Shown piece after piece: positions 40,362-52,239 of a DNA stretch of 64,000 bases; position 1 is the stretch's first letter, and the number at the start of each line of letters is the position of its first letter. The notes beneath the pieces were generated by a model. The model did no database searches. It was given only the letters and a program-made list of their open reading frames with translations, and was not told the origin of the DNA. Location: assembly GCA_951406725.2 (NCBI GenBank), contig OX597838.1, positions 28,830,001 through 28,894,000 on the forward strand, in the 5' to 3' direction. The translations under genes and the position numbers were made by a program. The DNA is from Octopus vulgaris (Eukaryota).

Positions 40362-40964
40362 CCCTTTAGTGTTCAGATTATTCTATCAAATGTGATATTT
40401 GTTTATTTATATTGTTTTGAATTAATCCTGCATTATCTTGTAGTTTAGGGATTTCAGTGATGGGATTTTTTAGTTTTAGAATGTTGGAAGCACTCCGTCA
40501 GTTACGACGACGAGGGTACCGGTTGATCCGAATCAACGGAACAGCCCGCTCGTGAAATTAACGTGTAAGTGGCTGAGCACTCCACAGACACGTGTACCCC
40601 TAACGTAGTTCTGGGGATATTCAGCGTGACACAGAGAGTGACAAGGCCGGCCCTTTGAAATACAGGTACAACAGAAACAGGAAGTAAGAGTGAGAGAAAG
40701 TTGTGGTGAAAGAGTACAGCAGGGATCACCACCATCCCCTGCCGGAGCCTCGTGGAGCTTTAGGTGTTTTAGCTCAATAAACACTCACAATGCCCAGTCT
40801 GGGAATCGAAACCACGATCCTATGACCGCGAGTCCGCTGCCCTAACCACTGGGCCATTGCGCCTCCACACGGTAGGGCTGAGGTGAGAGGTGAGATCTGG
40901 TCAGTTTCAATATAAAACAGGTTAAATATTTTGGCCGGATATGGCCAGTTTGAATGCTAAAGGG
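40362..40964. mobile_element. piggyBac-type MITE interrupted by a tRNA-derived SINE (40483-40868, -)
   Basis: TTAA-flanked CCCTTTAG/CTAAAGGG termini; the inserted SINE has head GGAGGCGCAATGGCCCAGTGGTTAGGGCAGCGGACTCGCGG with B box GGTTTCGATTCCC. Confidence 0.8.
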
Positions 40965-41026
40965 TTAAATATAAATGGAATCAGATATAGCTTGCAAGAG
41001 AGAAGACTGTGCTCATATGATTAGAT

Positions 41027-42327
41027 CAGGGGTTCTCAACCACTTCTTATCTATGGACCCCTTTAGCTACCATTTTTTTCTGGTGGACCTCCGTAGCCAT
41101 TTGATGTTTAAGAACTAGTTTTATAGGAACTCCTTTCAAAATTCCTATTTTGCTTATCACACATTCCCTTCTGTAGGTTGAACTATGTAAAATGTGGTTC
41201 TCAACCATTTTTTTTTTTTTTTACCTAAGGACCCCTTTGGTAATTATTTTGCCCTGGTGGACCCCCGTGGCCTCTCGTTTAAAAACTAGTTTCAAAGATC
41301 ATCATCATCATCATCATCATCGTTTAGCGTCCGTTTTCCATGCTAGCATGGGTTGGATGGTTCAACTGGGGTCTGGGAAGCCAGAAGGCTGCACAAGGCC
41401 CAGTTTGATCTGGCAATGTTTCTACGGCTGGATGCCCTTCCTAACGCCAACCACTCCGTGAGTGTAGTGGGTGCTTTTTACATGCCACCCGCACAGGTGC
41501 CAGACGGAGCTGGCAAACGGTCACGGACGGATGGTGCTTTTTACGTGCCACCGGCACGTGGGCCAGGCAAGGCTGGCAACAGCCACGAACCGTCTTTCAA
41601 AATTCCCATTTTGTTTCACACACATTAACTTGTGCAGGTTGAACCATGTAAAATCTTAGAGAAAAAAAAACCTAACTCTCTCTTGGAGTACATACAAATA
41701 CATATTATTTACATTATTTACATTTGATGGATATTTGTCCTCATCTTGTTTGTTGTTAACAGGTTTTGGCTGATATACTCTCCAGCCTTCATCAGGTGTC
41801 TTGGGGAAATTTCGAATTTGGGTTCTCATTCCTAAGGTATTTTTTGATGTTGTTATTATTATTATTTAGGTCTCTGCTTGGAATCAAACTCGGAATCTTG
41901 GGGTTAGTAGCCTGTGGGCATATGGCGTAGTGGTTAAGAACGTAGGCTACTAACCGCAAGATTTCAAGTTCGATTCCAGGCAGTGACCTGAATAATAATA
42001 ATAATAACATCGAAAAATACCTTAGGAATGATAACCCAGGTTCGAAATTTCTCCAAGACACCTGATGAAGGCTGGAGGGTATATCAGCTTGTGTTAACAA
42101 CAAACAAGATGAGAACAAATATCTGTCAAATGTAAATAATGTAAATAATATAAATAATGTACGTAATTCCTCATCTCTTAAATATAGAACTGTATTATAC
42201 AAATACATCTAAAGCAAAATTTTTTCAGGGGTCCCTTATAAAACTTTTGTGGGTCTCCAATTTACTATTTTGTTATGTAGCCTCCTCCCCTACAAAATCT
42301 GATATGGATTCCGGTTGAGAACCACTG
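41027..42327. mobile_element. hAT MITE of the same family with nested insertions
   Basis: TIRs CAGGGGTTCTCAACC / GGTTGAGAACCACTG; degenerate TSD GATTAGAT / GTTTAGGT; contains an RTE tail (41300-41590) and the tRNA-hammerhead element. Confidence 0.7.
41700..42190. mobile_element. Second copy of the inverted tRNA-head/hammerhead element
   Basis: Arms 41700-41912 (-) and 41916-42190 (+) are reverse complements; each contains GACAC-CTGATGA-AGGCTGGAG..TATATCAGC; tRNA-like head at 41916-41985. Confidence 0.75.
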
Positions 42328-42344
42328 GTTTAGGTGAGGTTTAT

Positions 42345-43370
42345 GAATGAGGACAGCTGCAATGTGGATGGAACTTGTGGAAGAGGAAGACCCAGGAAGA
42401 CGTGGGATGAAATAGCGAAGAATGACATCCTGATGCTGAGCCTCACAGAGATGACAAAAGACGAAGATGATTTGTGACTTGCTGTGCTCGAGAAGACCCG
42501 TCCATCTCAGCTAAAACGAGGCTCTTGAGGTATGTTGCTAATGTCTCTGCCCCTGCACCCAATCTGTCCCTGATGAATTCCCTCCACCTCCCACAACTCA
42601 TCTTCCCAGTACCCACTCCTCCATCACTCTTCTGTCTATGATACTGCTTACTCAGCTGCTGTAATTACGAGAAGCCAACTGCACACATTTCATCTCCACA
42701 CTTCTCGCCCTTCGTGGGACCACCTCCCTTGTCTCACACATTCTCATTACCTTAGTTTCCACTGAACATCCCTTTCATTGCCCCTTTCCCTTGTGCCTCA
42801 CCCTTTCCTTCGTTTTGACAACAGCAACCCTTTTCCATTGCCTCCATTTGTCCCCCCCCCACTATTTCCATCCTTATGTATCTCTAACTTCATCCCTGGC
42901 ACTGTGCATCTTCCCTTGCACACCACCCTCCCATACCTCACATCATCTCTGCTGCCACCTGTCACCTCCCTGACCCACATCTACCCCCCCCCCATCTTCC
43001 TCTCCAAACGACTGGCCTGCCACCCATATTCACCATCCACTGCATTTTCCTCTCTATCCTCCTCTCTCCATCTCCCATTTTTCTTTCCCACTCTCACAAA
43101 CTCACCTATCCATTCACCCTATCCAATCGTCTGGACCCCTTTCCTTGTAGCCCTCTTCCAGTCACTTGAAGGAACACCCTCATACCTCTTCACCATCTCT
43201 CTTTTCCAACTGGAGTTGCCATATATCTCCTCTACTGCAGGACCTCTGTTCCTGTCCCCCAATACTACTCCCTCTACAGATTAGGGATCTTATATGAGGG
43301 ACTTTGTCATGCAAGTTACTCGTTGACTTCACTGACACCAGTGCCATGTAAAATGCAGCCAGTATACTCT
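42345..43370 (+). mobile_element. Older RTE-clade LINE 3' fragment with pyrimidine-rich UTR
   Basis: VDGTCGRGRPRKTWDEIAKNDILMLSLTEMTKD...LAVLEKT motif at 42364-42500. Confidence 0.7.
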
Positions 43371-43572
43371 AGACCAGTTTTTCTCAATCAGGGCTCCCCA
43401 GAAGCCTAGGGTTCCACAAAAGGTTCATGATTGTAATACTGTACATGCACAACATGTTATTGGTTATTATAATATAGACATCATCCTATCTAACCAATTA
43501 TGTTACAAAAAAAATAATACAACCATTGGGGATATATTTAGTAATGCCTGTAGTTTATGGACACCCTATAAA

Positions 43573-43611
<39 letters not shown>

Positions 43612-43995
43612 TCTGGTGTTTCTAATGATTCTGCCTGCTTACCACTGCCACCGCCAACAACAACAATAACAACAATAATAATATAGATAATTACTAGTCT
43701 CAGAAATTCGAAGAAAATTGTTTTAATTTGTTTATTATTTGAATGGGAAGTTGTGTTGTCTCGTGGTTAGGGGGTTTATCATTTAAGGTCCATTTTCTAT
43801 GCTAGCATGAGTTGGATGGTTCAACAGGAGCTTGTCCATCCACCCTCTGATTTCGCCCCAAATCTGTGCCTATAGTAGAAAGGATTTATTATTATTATTA
43901 TTATAGGGTATTTCCTCTGCCGTTATGTTCTGAGTTCAAATTCTGCCGAGGTTGACTTTGCCTTTCATCCTTTCAGGGGTCGATAAACTAAGTAC

Positions 43996-44307
43996 GGAGG
44001 CGTAATGGCTCAGTGGTTAGGCAGGCGGACTCGCAGTTGGAGGATCGTGGTTTCGATTCCCAGACCGGGCGTTGTGTGTGTTTATTGAGCGAAAACACCT
44101 AAAGCTCAATGAGGCTCCGGTAGGGTGTGGTGACGACCCCTGTTGTACTCCTTCGTCCCAAATTTCTCTCACTCTTTCTTCCTGTTTCTTGAGTAAAGCT
44201 GCGGTGGACTGGCGTCCCATCCAACTGGTGGGGGGGACACATACGCCACAGAAACCGGGAAACCGGGCCCATGAGCCTGGCTAGGCTTGAAAAGGGCGCA
44301 TAAATAA
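43996..44307 (+). mobile_element. tRNA-derived SINE family C nested in a family B SINE
   Basis: Head GGAGGCGTAATGGCTCAGTGGTTAGG; TSD AAGTAC on both sides. Related copies at 35020-35345, 40483-40868 and 62370-62640. Confidence 0.8.
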
Positions 44308-44761
44308 AAGTACCAGTTGTATACTGGGGTCGATCTAATCAGTTGGCCCCCTCCCCCAAAACTTCGGGCCTTGTATCTAGAGTAGAAATGCTTCTTCTTC
44401 TTCTTCTTCTTCTTCTTCTTCTTCTTCTTCTCATTATTATTAGGGAGGTGAGCTGGCAGAATCGTTAGCATGCTGGACCAAATGTTTGGTGGCATTTTGC
44501 CTGTCTTCATGTTCTGAGTTCAAATTCCGCTGGGGTTGACTTGCCCTTTCATCCTTTCAGGGCTGATAAATTAAGTACCAGTGAAATACTGAGGTGTGTG
44601 TGAGTGTGGGTGTGTGGTGGTGGTGGTGGTGTCACTGTAGTCGACTAGGCCCCCTCCTCGCAAATTCCAGGCCTTGTGCCCTCAAGCCTTCTGGCCTGGC
44701 ACTGCTCTCTCCCTTCCGCCACCACCTTCCTCTTGTCTCTGTTCTCCTGATGTCACTCTAT

Positions 44762-45280
44762 CATTTCTACTCCTCCCACCACTCTTTCCACTGTCGGACC
44801 ATTTCTCTCCTCCCCTCCCCCTGCCACTGTTTTTTTTCCTCACACCACCCCCTTCTCAGTCCTCTATCGTTTCTATCCCTCCCATTACCTCTCGCCCCCC
44901 CCGGCTCCGATAGGTATCTGTCGCTCCCACCCATTTCTTTATCTCTCTTCCCACCACCCAATTCCTCCCTCCACCATTTCTCCCTCTCTTTCTCTTTAAC
45001 CCTTCAACATTTCTACTCCTCCTACCACTCTTTCCACTGTCGGACCATTTCTCTCCTTCCCTCCCCCTGCCACTGTTTTTTCTCCTCACACCACCCCCTT
45101 CTCAGTCCTAAATCGTTTCTACCCCTCCCATTACCTCTTCCCCCTCCTCGCCTCCGGTAGGTATCTGTCACTCCCACCCACTCCTCAATCTCTCTCCCCA
45201 CCACCCAATTCCTCTCTCCACCGTTTCTCCCTCTCCTTCCCTTTTAACCCTCCAGCATTTCTACTCCTCACACCACTGCC
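44762..45280. repeat. Pyrimidine-rich direct repeat, about 247-bp unit, 2.1 copies
   Basis: CATTTCTACTCCTC..ACCACT starts at 44762, 45008 and 45256. Confidence 0.85.
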
Positions 45281-45699
45281 CCTCCTCCTCCCCCTTTCAC
45301 TACAACGTCGCAAACGTAAAATCGGAGGTGAACGGAAAACGTGCACGACACAGGTAGGTAAGGGTTATCTGCCCTTGTTTTGTTTCACTTCTTCTCTTAC
45401 CACCTCCCCTTCTTTACCTCCACCCATTACTCCTTTGCTTATATTATGGATGGGATTACAAAAACACAAAAAAGAAACCAAAATAACAACCAAAAAAAAT
45501 ATTTCAAACAAGGAATGAGGTGGTGGTGGAGGTGTATGGGGGGTAGATGGGTGGAGATGTCATGTTATTCCTGTTTATTAAATAAAAATAAAATATGTAA
45601 GAAATGTAAAAAAAAAATGCAATAAAAATTTAAATTACATTTAATTTGTTTTTTTATTTATTTATTTTGTATGTTCTTTTTTTACCATTTGTATTTCAG

Positions 45700-46910
45700 G
45701 CACATAAGATAGTGTAGTCCTTGATATACTATGCCTGGAAATGAAAAAAATGAATAAAAGACAGCACTCCAGCATGGCCACAGCCTAATGGCTGAAACAA
45801 GTAAAAGATAAAAGATAAAAGAAGGAAAAGACGAGATGGTCATGGCTGGAACGCCTTTGGTTCTTGGTCTGTTGGATCAAGGTCGAAGTGAAGCTCTGGT
45901 GGTGATGTTGAATTTCAGAACAAGCTCCATGAAACATTCGTTAATTAATGCAGTGCTCCCACTGTTTGCAGCAACGAAGATGGACCAAGTTATGATGAAC
46001 TGAGACAAGATGGAGTCCTAGATGCATTATGTTTCAGAAACAAAAGATGGGATGGTCATGGCTGGAATGCCTTTGATCTTTGGTCTGCTAGATCAAGGTC
46101 GATGTCCTGATGATGATGATTTTGATTTTGGAACACTCCTTAATTACTCACTGCTCCCACTGTTTGCAATGGTGAAAATGATCCAGGGTATTCCATCTGT
46201 GACCATCCAGTCTTTTGAGTTTGACACAGTGTATCTAGGACTACATTCTCTAATGTGTCCTGTGTTTTTTTTTTTCAAGACAATAAGATGGTGATGATTC
46301 CAACAGTGACCATCCAGTGTTAACATTTTCTGACATAGTGTATCTAGGATTACAATATCAAATGTATCCTGTTAATTTCAAGACAGTAAGATAGTGCTTC
46401 CAGTCATGCCCATCCCAGTCTTCAGTTTCACATGTCACAGTGTATCTAGGACCACGTTATCTAATGTGTCCTGTCCATTTTTTCCCAAGAGAGTAAAATG
46501 GTGCTTCCAGCTATGACCTTCCCAACTTAATTTTCATATGCCACAGTGTATCTAGGACTACATTATCTAATGTGCCCTGTCCATTTTTTTCCTAAGAGAG
46601 TAAAATGGTGCTTCCAGCTATGACCTTCCCAACTTAATTTTCATACACCACAGTTTATCTAGGACTACATTATCTAATGTGCCCTGTCCATTTTTTCCCT
46701 AGAGAGTAAAATGGTGCTTCCAGCTATGACCTTCACAACTTAATTTTCATATACCACAGTTTATCTCAGACTACATTACCTATAGTGTCCTTCAATTTTT
46801 TCCTTTTAGTTTTAAGACAGTAATATAATGCTTCTAGCTGAGGCCACCCAATCTTTCCATTTTTAAATGCCACAATGTATCTGGGACTACAGTATCTAAT
46901 ATGTATTTCC
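45700..46910. repeat. Diverged ~107-bp tandem array (7 copies) preceded by 2 inverted copies
   Basis: Core CAGTGTATCTAGGACTACATTATCTAATGTG at about 46228, 46337, 46438, 46544, 46651, 46758 and 46872; reverse-complement units at about 45700-45890 and 46005-46105. Confidence 0.8.
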
Positions 46911-46967
46911 TTATTTTACAAAGAAAGAATATTTACATATAGGAGCAAGTATTTTGTGACAGACCCC

Positions 46968-47410
46968 CCATGGTTCTTGGTCTCAAGCATTTGTCTTATG
47001 AAGAAAGGCTGAAGACGCTCGACCTTTATTCTCTAGAAAAACGCCGCTGCCGTGGTGATCTCATTCTTGCTCACAACATCATAAGTGGAAAGTGTAACCT
47101 CTCGAAAGAGCTGTTCTTCACTCCTGCTCCAGAGGCGTCGGCTGCGGGGTCACCCCGAAAAGCTCTATCTGCAACGATTTCATCTCAATCAAAGGAGAGA
47201 GGCTTTCTCCGTCCAGGTTGTGGATCTGTGGAATAAGCTGCCGGACGAGATAGTGAAAATGCCGATGACTGCTCGGTTCAAAGTCTCTCTTGACCAGAAA
47301 TGGCCTGAACTCTTTGCATGAACACCCTCCCTGTACAGAACTCCATGCCTCCCTACATGGCCTTGCTTTTTGCTTTTTGAGCCAAAAAATTAACTTAACT
47401 TAACTTAACT
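46968..47410 (+). mobile_element. CR1-clade LINE 3' fragment
   Basis: LKHLSYEERLKTLDLYSLEKRRCRGDLI...LRGH...FSVQVVDLWNKLP...FKVSLD with one frameshift; (TAACT)n tail at 47391-47410. Confidence 0.88.
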
Positions 47411-48295
47411 ATGTTTTCATTGCAAAACTGGCCTGTTGTCAGCCAGGTAGACTGAGAAAAAGAACCCCGTTCCATTATTTCTACTATTTCGTAAAAAAAA
47501 ATTTGCTCAGTCAGTGTTAGGTCAATGTCGACTATTTTTTACCTACGGACTCAAACAGTATTGGCCTTTGCCTTTCCCTTGGGTAACTTCCATAGCATGG
47601 AGAGGGGAGACGGGTATGCGTGGGCAATTGCTGGTCTTCCACAAACAATCTGCCTGGGTTTGTTCCACAGAGGGAAACATTCTAGGTGCAATCCCATGGT
47701 CATCCATGACCGAAGGGGGGCCTTAAACATTTAACCTGGCCATATCCAGTCCAAATATCCCACCTGTTTTATGTTCAAACCAGCTAGATGTAACCTCTCA
47801 CACCTGCCCAACAATATCAGTCTATAAATAAACAATCACATCCTTGAAGCCTCAAAACTATGAGGTTTGCATTATCAATTCACAACAATATGAACCTCTG
47901 CCAAAGCAACACCAATGTCCTCTCAACGATTAGTCAGAGATGATTTTTAAAATGAGAATGTCTGAAATAAACTCGACTGCTCTTACAAATGAGAATACTA
48001 AAAATGAACCCAACTGCTCTCAAAGGTTAAGTAAAAAAAAAGGAAAAATAACCCAGTATCCTTATCTGGAATGGAATCAATGTCTAAATCTACTCAGTTT
48101 GTGCCAGTCATGAGGCCAAACATCCCTGAAAGTTTTATCCAAATCTATCCAGCAGCTCTTGAGGTATCTTATCCATGGACAAACAAACAAGCACAACTGA
48201 AAACAATATATCCGCCTTCTTCTCTAAAGCAGAGGTAATAGAGAAGCATTACACATGACAAAATAACTTGAAAGCTAAACTGTTTCATATATATA

Positions 48296-48427
48296 TATAT
48301 AAGAATTTTTGCGTAATAAGATAAAAAAACCAAGGCTGTGTAGACATTAGAGCATTTATATCTATAAATGCTCTAATATCTACATGGCCTTGGTTTTTTT
48401 ATCATATTACGCAAAAAATTCTTATAT
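48296..48427. repeat. Foldback palindrome, Penelope-like remnant
   Basis: About 65-bp inverted arms (AAGAATTTTTGCGTAAT...AGAGCATTTATA / TATAAATGCTCT...ATTACGCAAAAAATTCTT) with a 2-nt centre. Confidence 0.75.
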
Positions 48428-48562
48428 ACACACACTGACATATAACCAATGTTGAACCCTTTATTCACAATATTACCGAATCTGGAACTTAACTATGGTC
48501 TGTCTATAGCACTTATTCAGCATTACCTGACACCTTTGGGTCTCAATGACACCATTATCTCT

Positions 48563-48596
<34 letters not shown>

Positions 48597-48656
48597 TATA
48601 TACATACACATATATATATATACATACACACACACACCTATATATATATATATATA

Positions 48657-48822
48657 TACTTTATTTAAAAGCAGCAGAAAATTCAACAAAACCTGTTACT
48701 CTAAGTTTCACGTTCCCGTTCGTCGGACAGTTTTTGCTAGAAAAAACTGTCTGACGAACGGGAACGTGAAACTCTGAGTAACAGGTTTTGTTGAATTTTC
48801 TGCTGCTTTTAAATAAAGCATA
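48657..48822. mobile_element. Palindromic Penelope-like pLTR remnant
   Basis: About 78-bp near-perfect inverted arms around 48736-48740, each carrying a hammerhead motif; flanked by (TA)n. Confidence 0.7.
48743..48789 (+). ncRNA. Minimal type I hammerhead ribozyme motif
   Basis: CTGT-CTGACGA-ACG(GGAA)CGT-GAAA-CTCTGAG-TA-ACAG: stem I CTGT/ACAG, intact CUGANGA and GAAA core, 3-bp stem II with GNRA loop, near-palindromic stem III, GUA cleavage triplet. Confidence 0.75.
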
Positions 48823-49231
48823 TTACTCCTGGTATTTGAGTACTCTTTTTTCCACCTTGTTTCACATTTATGTGTTTACTCCAGTATATATATATATATA
48901 TATATATATTTGTATGTATATATATATAAATGCTAAAAATAAATAATCATATCATTGAAACCTAAAAACTACAAGATAATGCGTGATTAATTCAAAGCAA
49001 TGGGATTGAATAAGCATCCCATTTAACAGAGTAATCTGAATGCTGAAGGGTTAATCCCAATTACTTGAGTGGCCCTTCTCTGGCCCCCGAATGGTTTTGT
49101 GTGTTGTAACAGTACTGTCCCAAACATAGGAGCAGTTTCTTTATTATGAACCTCATTTGAGCCTTGTAGCATCGGTAAGTATTGAGGGCCAAAGCATTTT
49201 CTGGCCCTGTTACTGAGAGGTAATATTTATT

Positions 49232-49466
49232 GCCACTTAAACATAGATGTTCTCTTAGAACAAACTATACTGCAATAAATATCACGAGAGAAACTCCCAC
49301 ATTGGCTTTTGATACAAAATTCACTCTAGTTCATATTGCTAGTGAGGAGATAAGTCCTCACCATCTCCAGCACCAAAACCACCAGTTCATGTGGTTTTGA
49401 CCTTTCTAGGTCTTATCAACAATGGATACATAACTGCTAGAAATAGCAGCGACTTATCTTTCTGCC

Positions 49467-49503
<37 letters not shown>

Positions 49504-49652
49504 AAAAACTGCCAGAACAGGTGTTGGTTTTATCTTCCTGTTAGGGATATAAAAAGGAGTTTATTTTGCATCAAAGGCCAATATGTGAGTTTCTCTCGTG
49601 GTATCTTCCGCAGTATAGTTTGTTCCAACAGAACATCCACATTAAATTGGGG
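49232..49652. mobile_element. Foldback MITE, same family as 30058-30270
   Basis: About 85-bp inverted arms at 49232-49320 and 49565-49652. Confidence 0.65.
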
Positions 49653-50442
49653 ATAAATAATAAAAATATATCCCATGAGAATTTCTAGTGAAGAAGATAG
49701 AACTTGTAATGCAAAACAGTCTGTGCTACATAACCACCCCCTACAAAAGACCCCCCTCACCTCAAAAAAATAAGCGACAACATCCACCAGAAGAGAGGCT
49801 GATGTACTGGGATGCAATAGGTCGAATGTCATGCTCACATACTAAAAAGCTATTGGTCGTCTTACCCCTGGCATTTTCATCATGATATACCCTTGTGAGG
49901 CTCAGCATTTGGGGCTATTGAGAGGGTTCTGGTTAAGGGCTGCTCATATTCAGAAGGAGATGGTGGTGATGGTGGTGGTGGTGCAGTAATTGAGAATAGA
50001 ATAATGTATATAAAATCCTTGTTCTTGTAGTTTATCAGACTATGGTCTGAGGAGAGGTGGATTAGCATAATCATGAGAGCATTGGACTAAATGCTTTGCC
50101 GTTAGCAAGTTGGCTAATTAAGAAAATCTCCCATAGAGATGAAAGCATTTATACTAAGAGATACTGCTTATTACCTATTTCTTTACTGCCCACAAGGGGC
50201 TAAACACAGAGAGGACAAACAAGGACAGACATAGGTATTAAATCGATTATATTGACCCCCAGTGCGTAACTGGTACTTAATTTACTGACCCCCGTAAGGA
50301 TGAAAGGCAAAGTCGACCAGCGTGCTAACGTTTCTGCCAGCTCGCCGCCTTAATGCTTATTACCACTCAAACATGACCATTCCGTAGGAACCGACATCAC
50401 TGCTATTTTTAACCCCAGGAAGACTCCTCCTCCAGCTAGTTA

Positions 50443-50834
50443 TCTTTATATATAAAAGTGAGGTTGTGTGCTGTCTGTCTCCTACGATTTAGATTCCTAA
50501 CTACTCCCACATTTTGCGGTGCAGTTTAACCAAAACCGGGTATCTTATAGTCGTGATTCATATCGAGCCCTTCTGGGTATTAGCGCGCTTTTACGATGAG
50601 TCTACGATTTTAAAAATAATTTACCATCAATTTTTCCCATTTTTAATGCATTTTTGGCATATATAAGGGAAGTAACTCTCTAAAAATTTATTATTAAATC
50701 TCAGAACGTAAAAAGCTACAGTAACCCCCTTTGTGGTTAGCCATATTGAGATGGCTATTATACTTTACATCTCTAAAAATGCTTATATAGTTATTTCCCT
50801 TACAAACCCGAGCAACGCCGGGCGATACTGCTAG
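50443..50834 (+). mobile_element. Non-autonomous Helitron
   Basis: A|TCTTTATATATAAAAG...CCCGAGCAACGCCGGG-CGATACTG-CTAG|T; no TSD; a paralogous empty site is at about 51185-51200. Confidence 0.85.
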
Positions 50835-51427
50835 TTCAATGTAATCTGCGCCTGACATATATTGCCAACAGGGGAGTGAATCCCTACCATCTTCCAGCCA
50901 TGAGACCACCAGACTGTACGGTTTCGTCCTCTTTGTTTGTCATCCTTGATGGTGGATATTCGTCCGCTAACGATAGCAGTAGTTTACTCCAGCTGGTAAT
51001 ATGCAGAAAACAAGGGACCTACAGTCACTGTCTTTGCAACAGGCAAATTAGCTGGTTAAGAAAATCTCTTATAGAGATGGAAGCAATAACTACACCAAGA
51101 AGTAATGTTTATCGCCATTTAATCATGGCTGTTCCGTAGGAACCAACATGACTGCTATTTTAGCCCCAGGAGGATGCTTCCTCCAACTGGTTATTCGATG
51201 CAATCTGCACCCGATATACATAGTAAGCAGGGGAGTATCCACCACTGAGGATGACTGTCTGGTGGTCTCGTAGTTGGAAGATGGTAGGGGGTTCACTCCC
51301 CTGTTGCTATATATATCTGGTGCAGGTTGCATTGAGTAACCAGCTGAAGGAGGCGTCCTCCTGGGGTTAAAATAGCAGTAATGTCGGTTCCTATGGAACA
51401 GCCATGATTAAATGGTGATAATCATTA

Positions 51428-51660
51428 CCTATTTCTTTACTACCCACAAGGGGCTAAACACAGAGGAGACAAAGAAGGACAGACAAAGGAAATAAGTCGA
51501 TTACATGAACCCCAGTGCGTAACTGGTACTTAATTTATCGACCCCGAAAGGATGAAAGGCAAAGTCGACCTCGGCGGAATTTGAACTCAGAACGTAACGG
51601 CAGGCGAAATAACGCTAGACATTTCGCCCGGCGTGCTAGCGTTTCTGCCAGCTCGCCGCC
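51428..51660 (-). mobile_element. tRNA-derived SINE family B (Meta-domain-like)
   Basis: Head GGCGGCGAGCTGGCAGAA, B box GAGTTCAAATTCC, core GCCTTTCATCCTTTCGGGGTCGATAAATTAAGTACCAG resembling the MetaSINE domain. Many copies: 11535, 11750, 24238, 30285, 33706, 34137, 37110, 44445, 50172, 55950, 56125. Confidence 0.8.
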
Positions 51661-51861
51661 TGATAAACATTACCGCTTTGCAGTTAGTTATTTGATTGCG
51701 GCTCTTTGCATTCCAAGTTCAAAACTTGTCAAGGTCAATTTTGACTTTCATTGATGCAACCATTCCCACTGCACACACACCATTCCCACCGCACACACAC
51801 ACACACACATCAACACACAAATTCTGGGCTTGGGCGACGAATTCTCGATGCGCAGTACCAC

Positions 51862-52239
51862 ATTTCCGTGGGCAGGTCTTGTAAATCGCTCGTCGTCTCC
51901 CAGAGATTGTTCTTCAACTTTTGAAGCATCCGTGTAACTCGAAACACTGCATACGACCCATTTGCCTCGCTGCCGTAAAAGCTTGCCGAAATATACTCGA
52001 TGTCTCTGTAGCAGACTAACGCAAAAATTTCACGTTGGTTCTTTGTCCATGACAAAATCGCAGATTACAGCATACACACGATCACAAAACCACAAATTTC
52101 ACAACTTGCGAAGTAAACACAACGATGTCATTCGGGACACCGTCTCATGAAGGTCACTGCTAGCTCTAACTGCGCACGCAACCGTGTGCTGCCATCGGTT
52201 GGCGCGCTACGGAACTAGTCCCGAGAACTTTTTTAATAC
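51862..52239 (-). mobile_element. Degenerate 5' end of a mariner transposon
   Basis: TIR-like AAAAAGTTCTCGGGACTAGTT; frameshifted N-terminal transposase motifs NVKFC..SATET..RQA.YGSEAMGRMQCFE..CFKS..SLGDDER..RP. Confidence 0.7.

Noticed and set aside
41916-41985. Possible tRNA genes here and at 228, 37843, 40800 and 43996
   Set aside because: A and B boxes are present but acceptor stems do not pair and each runs into a repeat body; these are SINE heads.
42778-45160. Pro/Ser/Leu-rich ORFs of 168 and 188 aa
   Set aside because: Pyrimidine-rich LINE UTR and a direct repeat; stop-poor by composition.
46190-46910. CRISPR-like spacing of a 30-36-bp conserved core
   Set aside because: The intervening sequences are homologous to each other, there are no cas genes and the DNA is eukaryotic; it is a tandem repeat.
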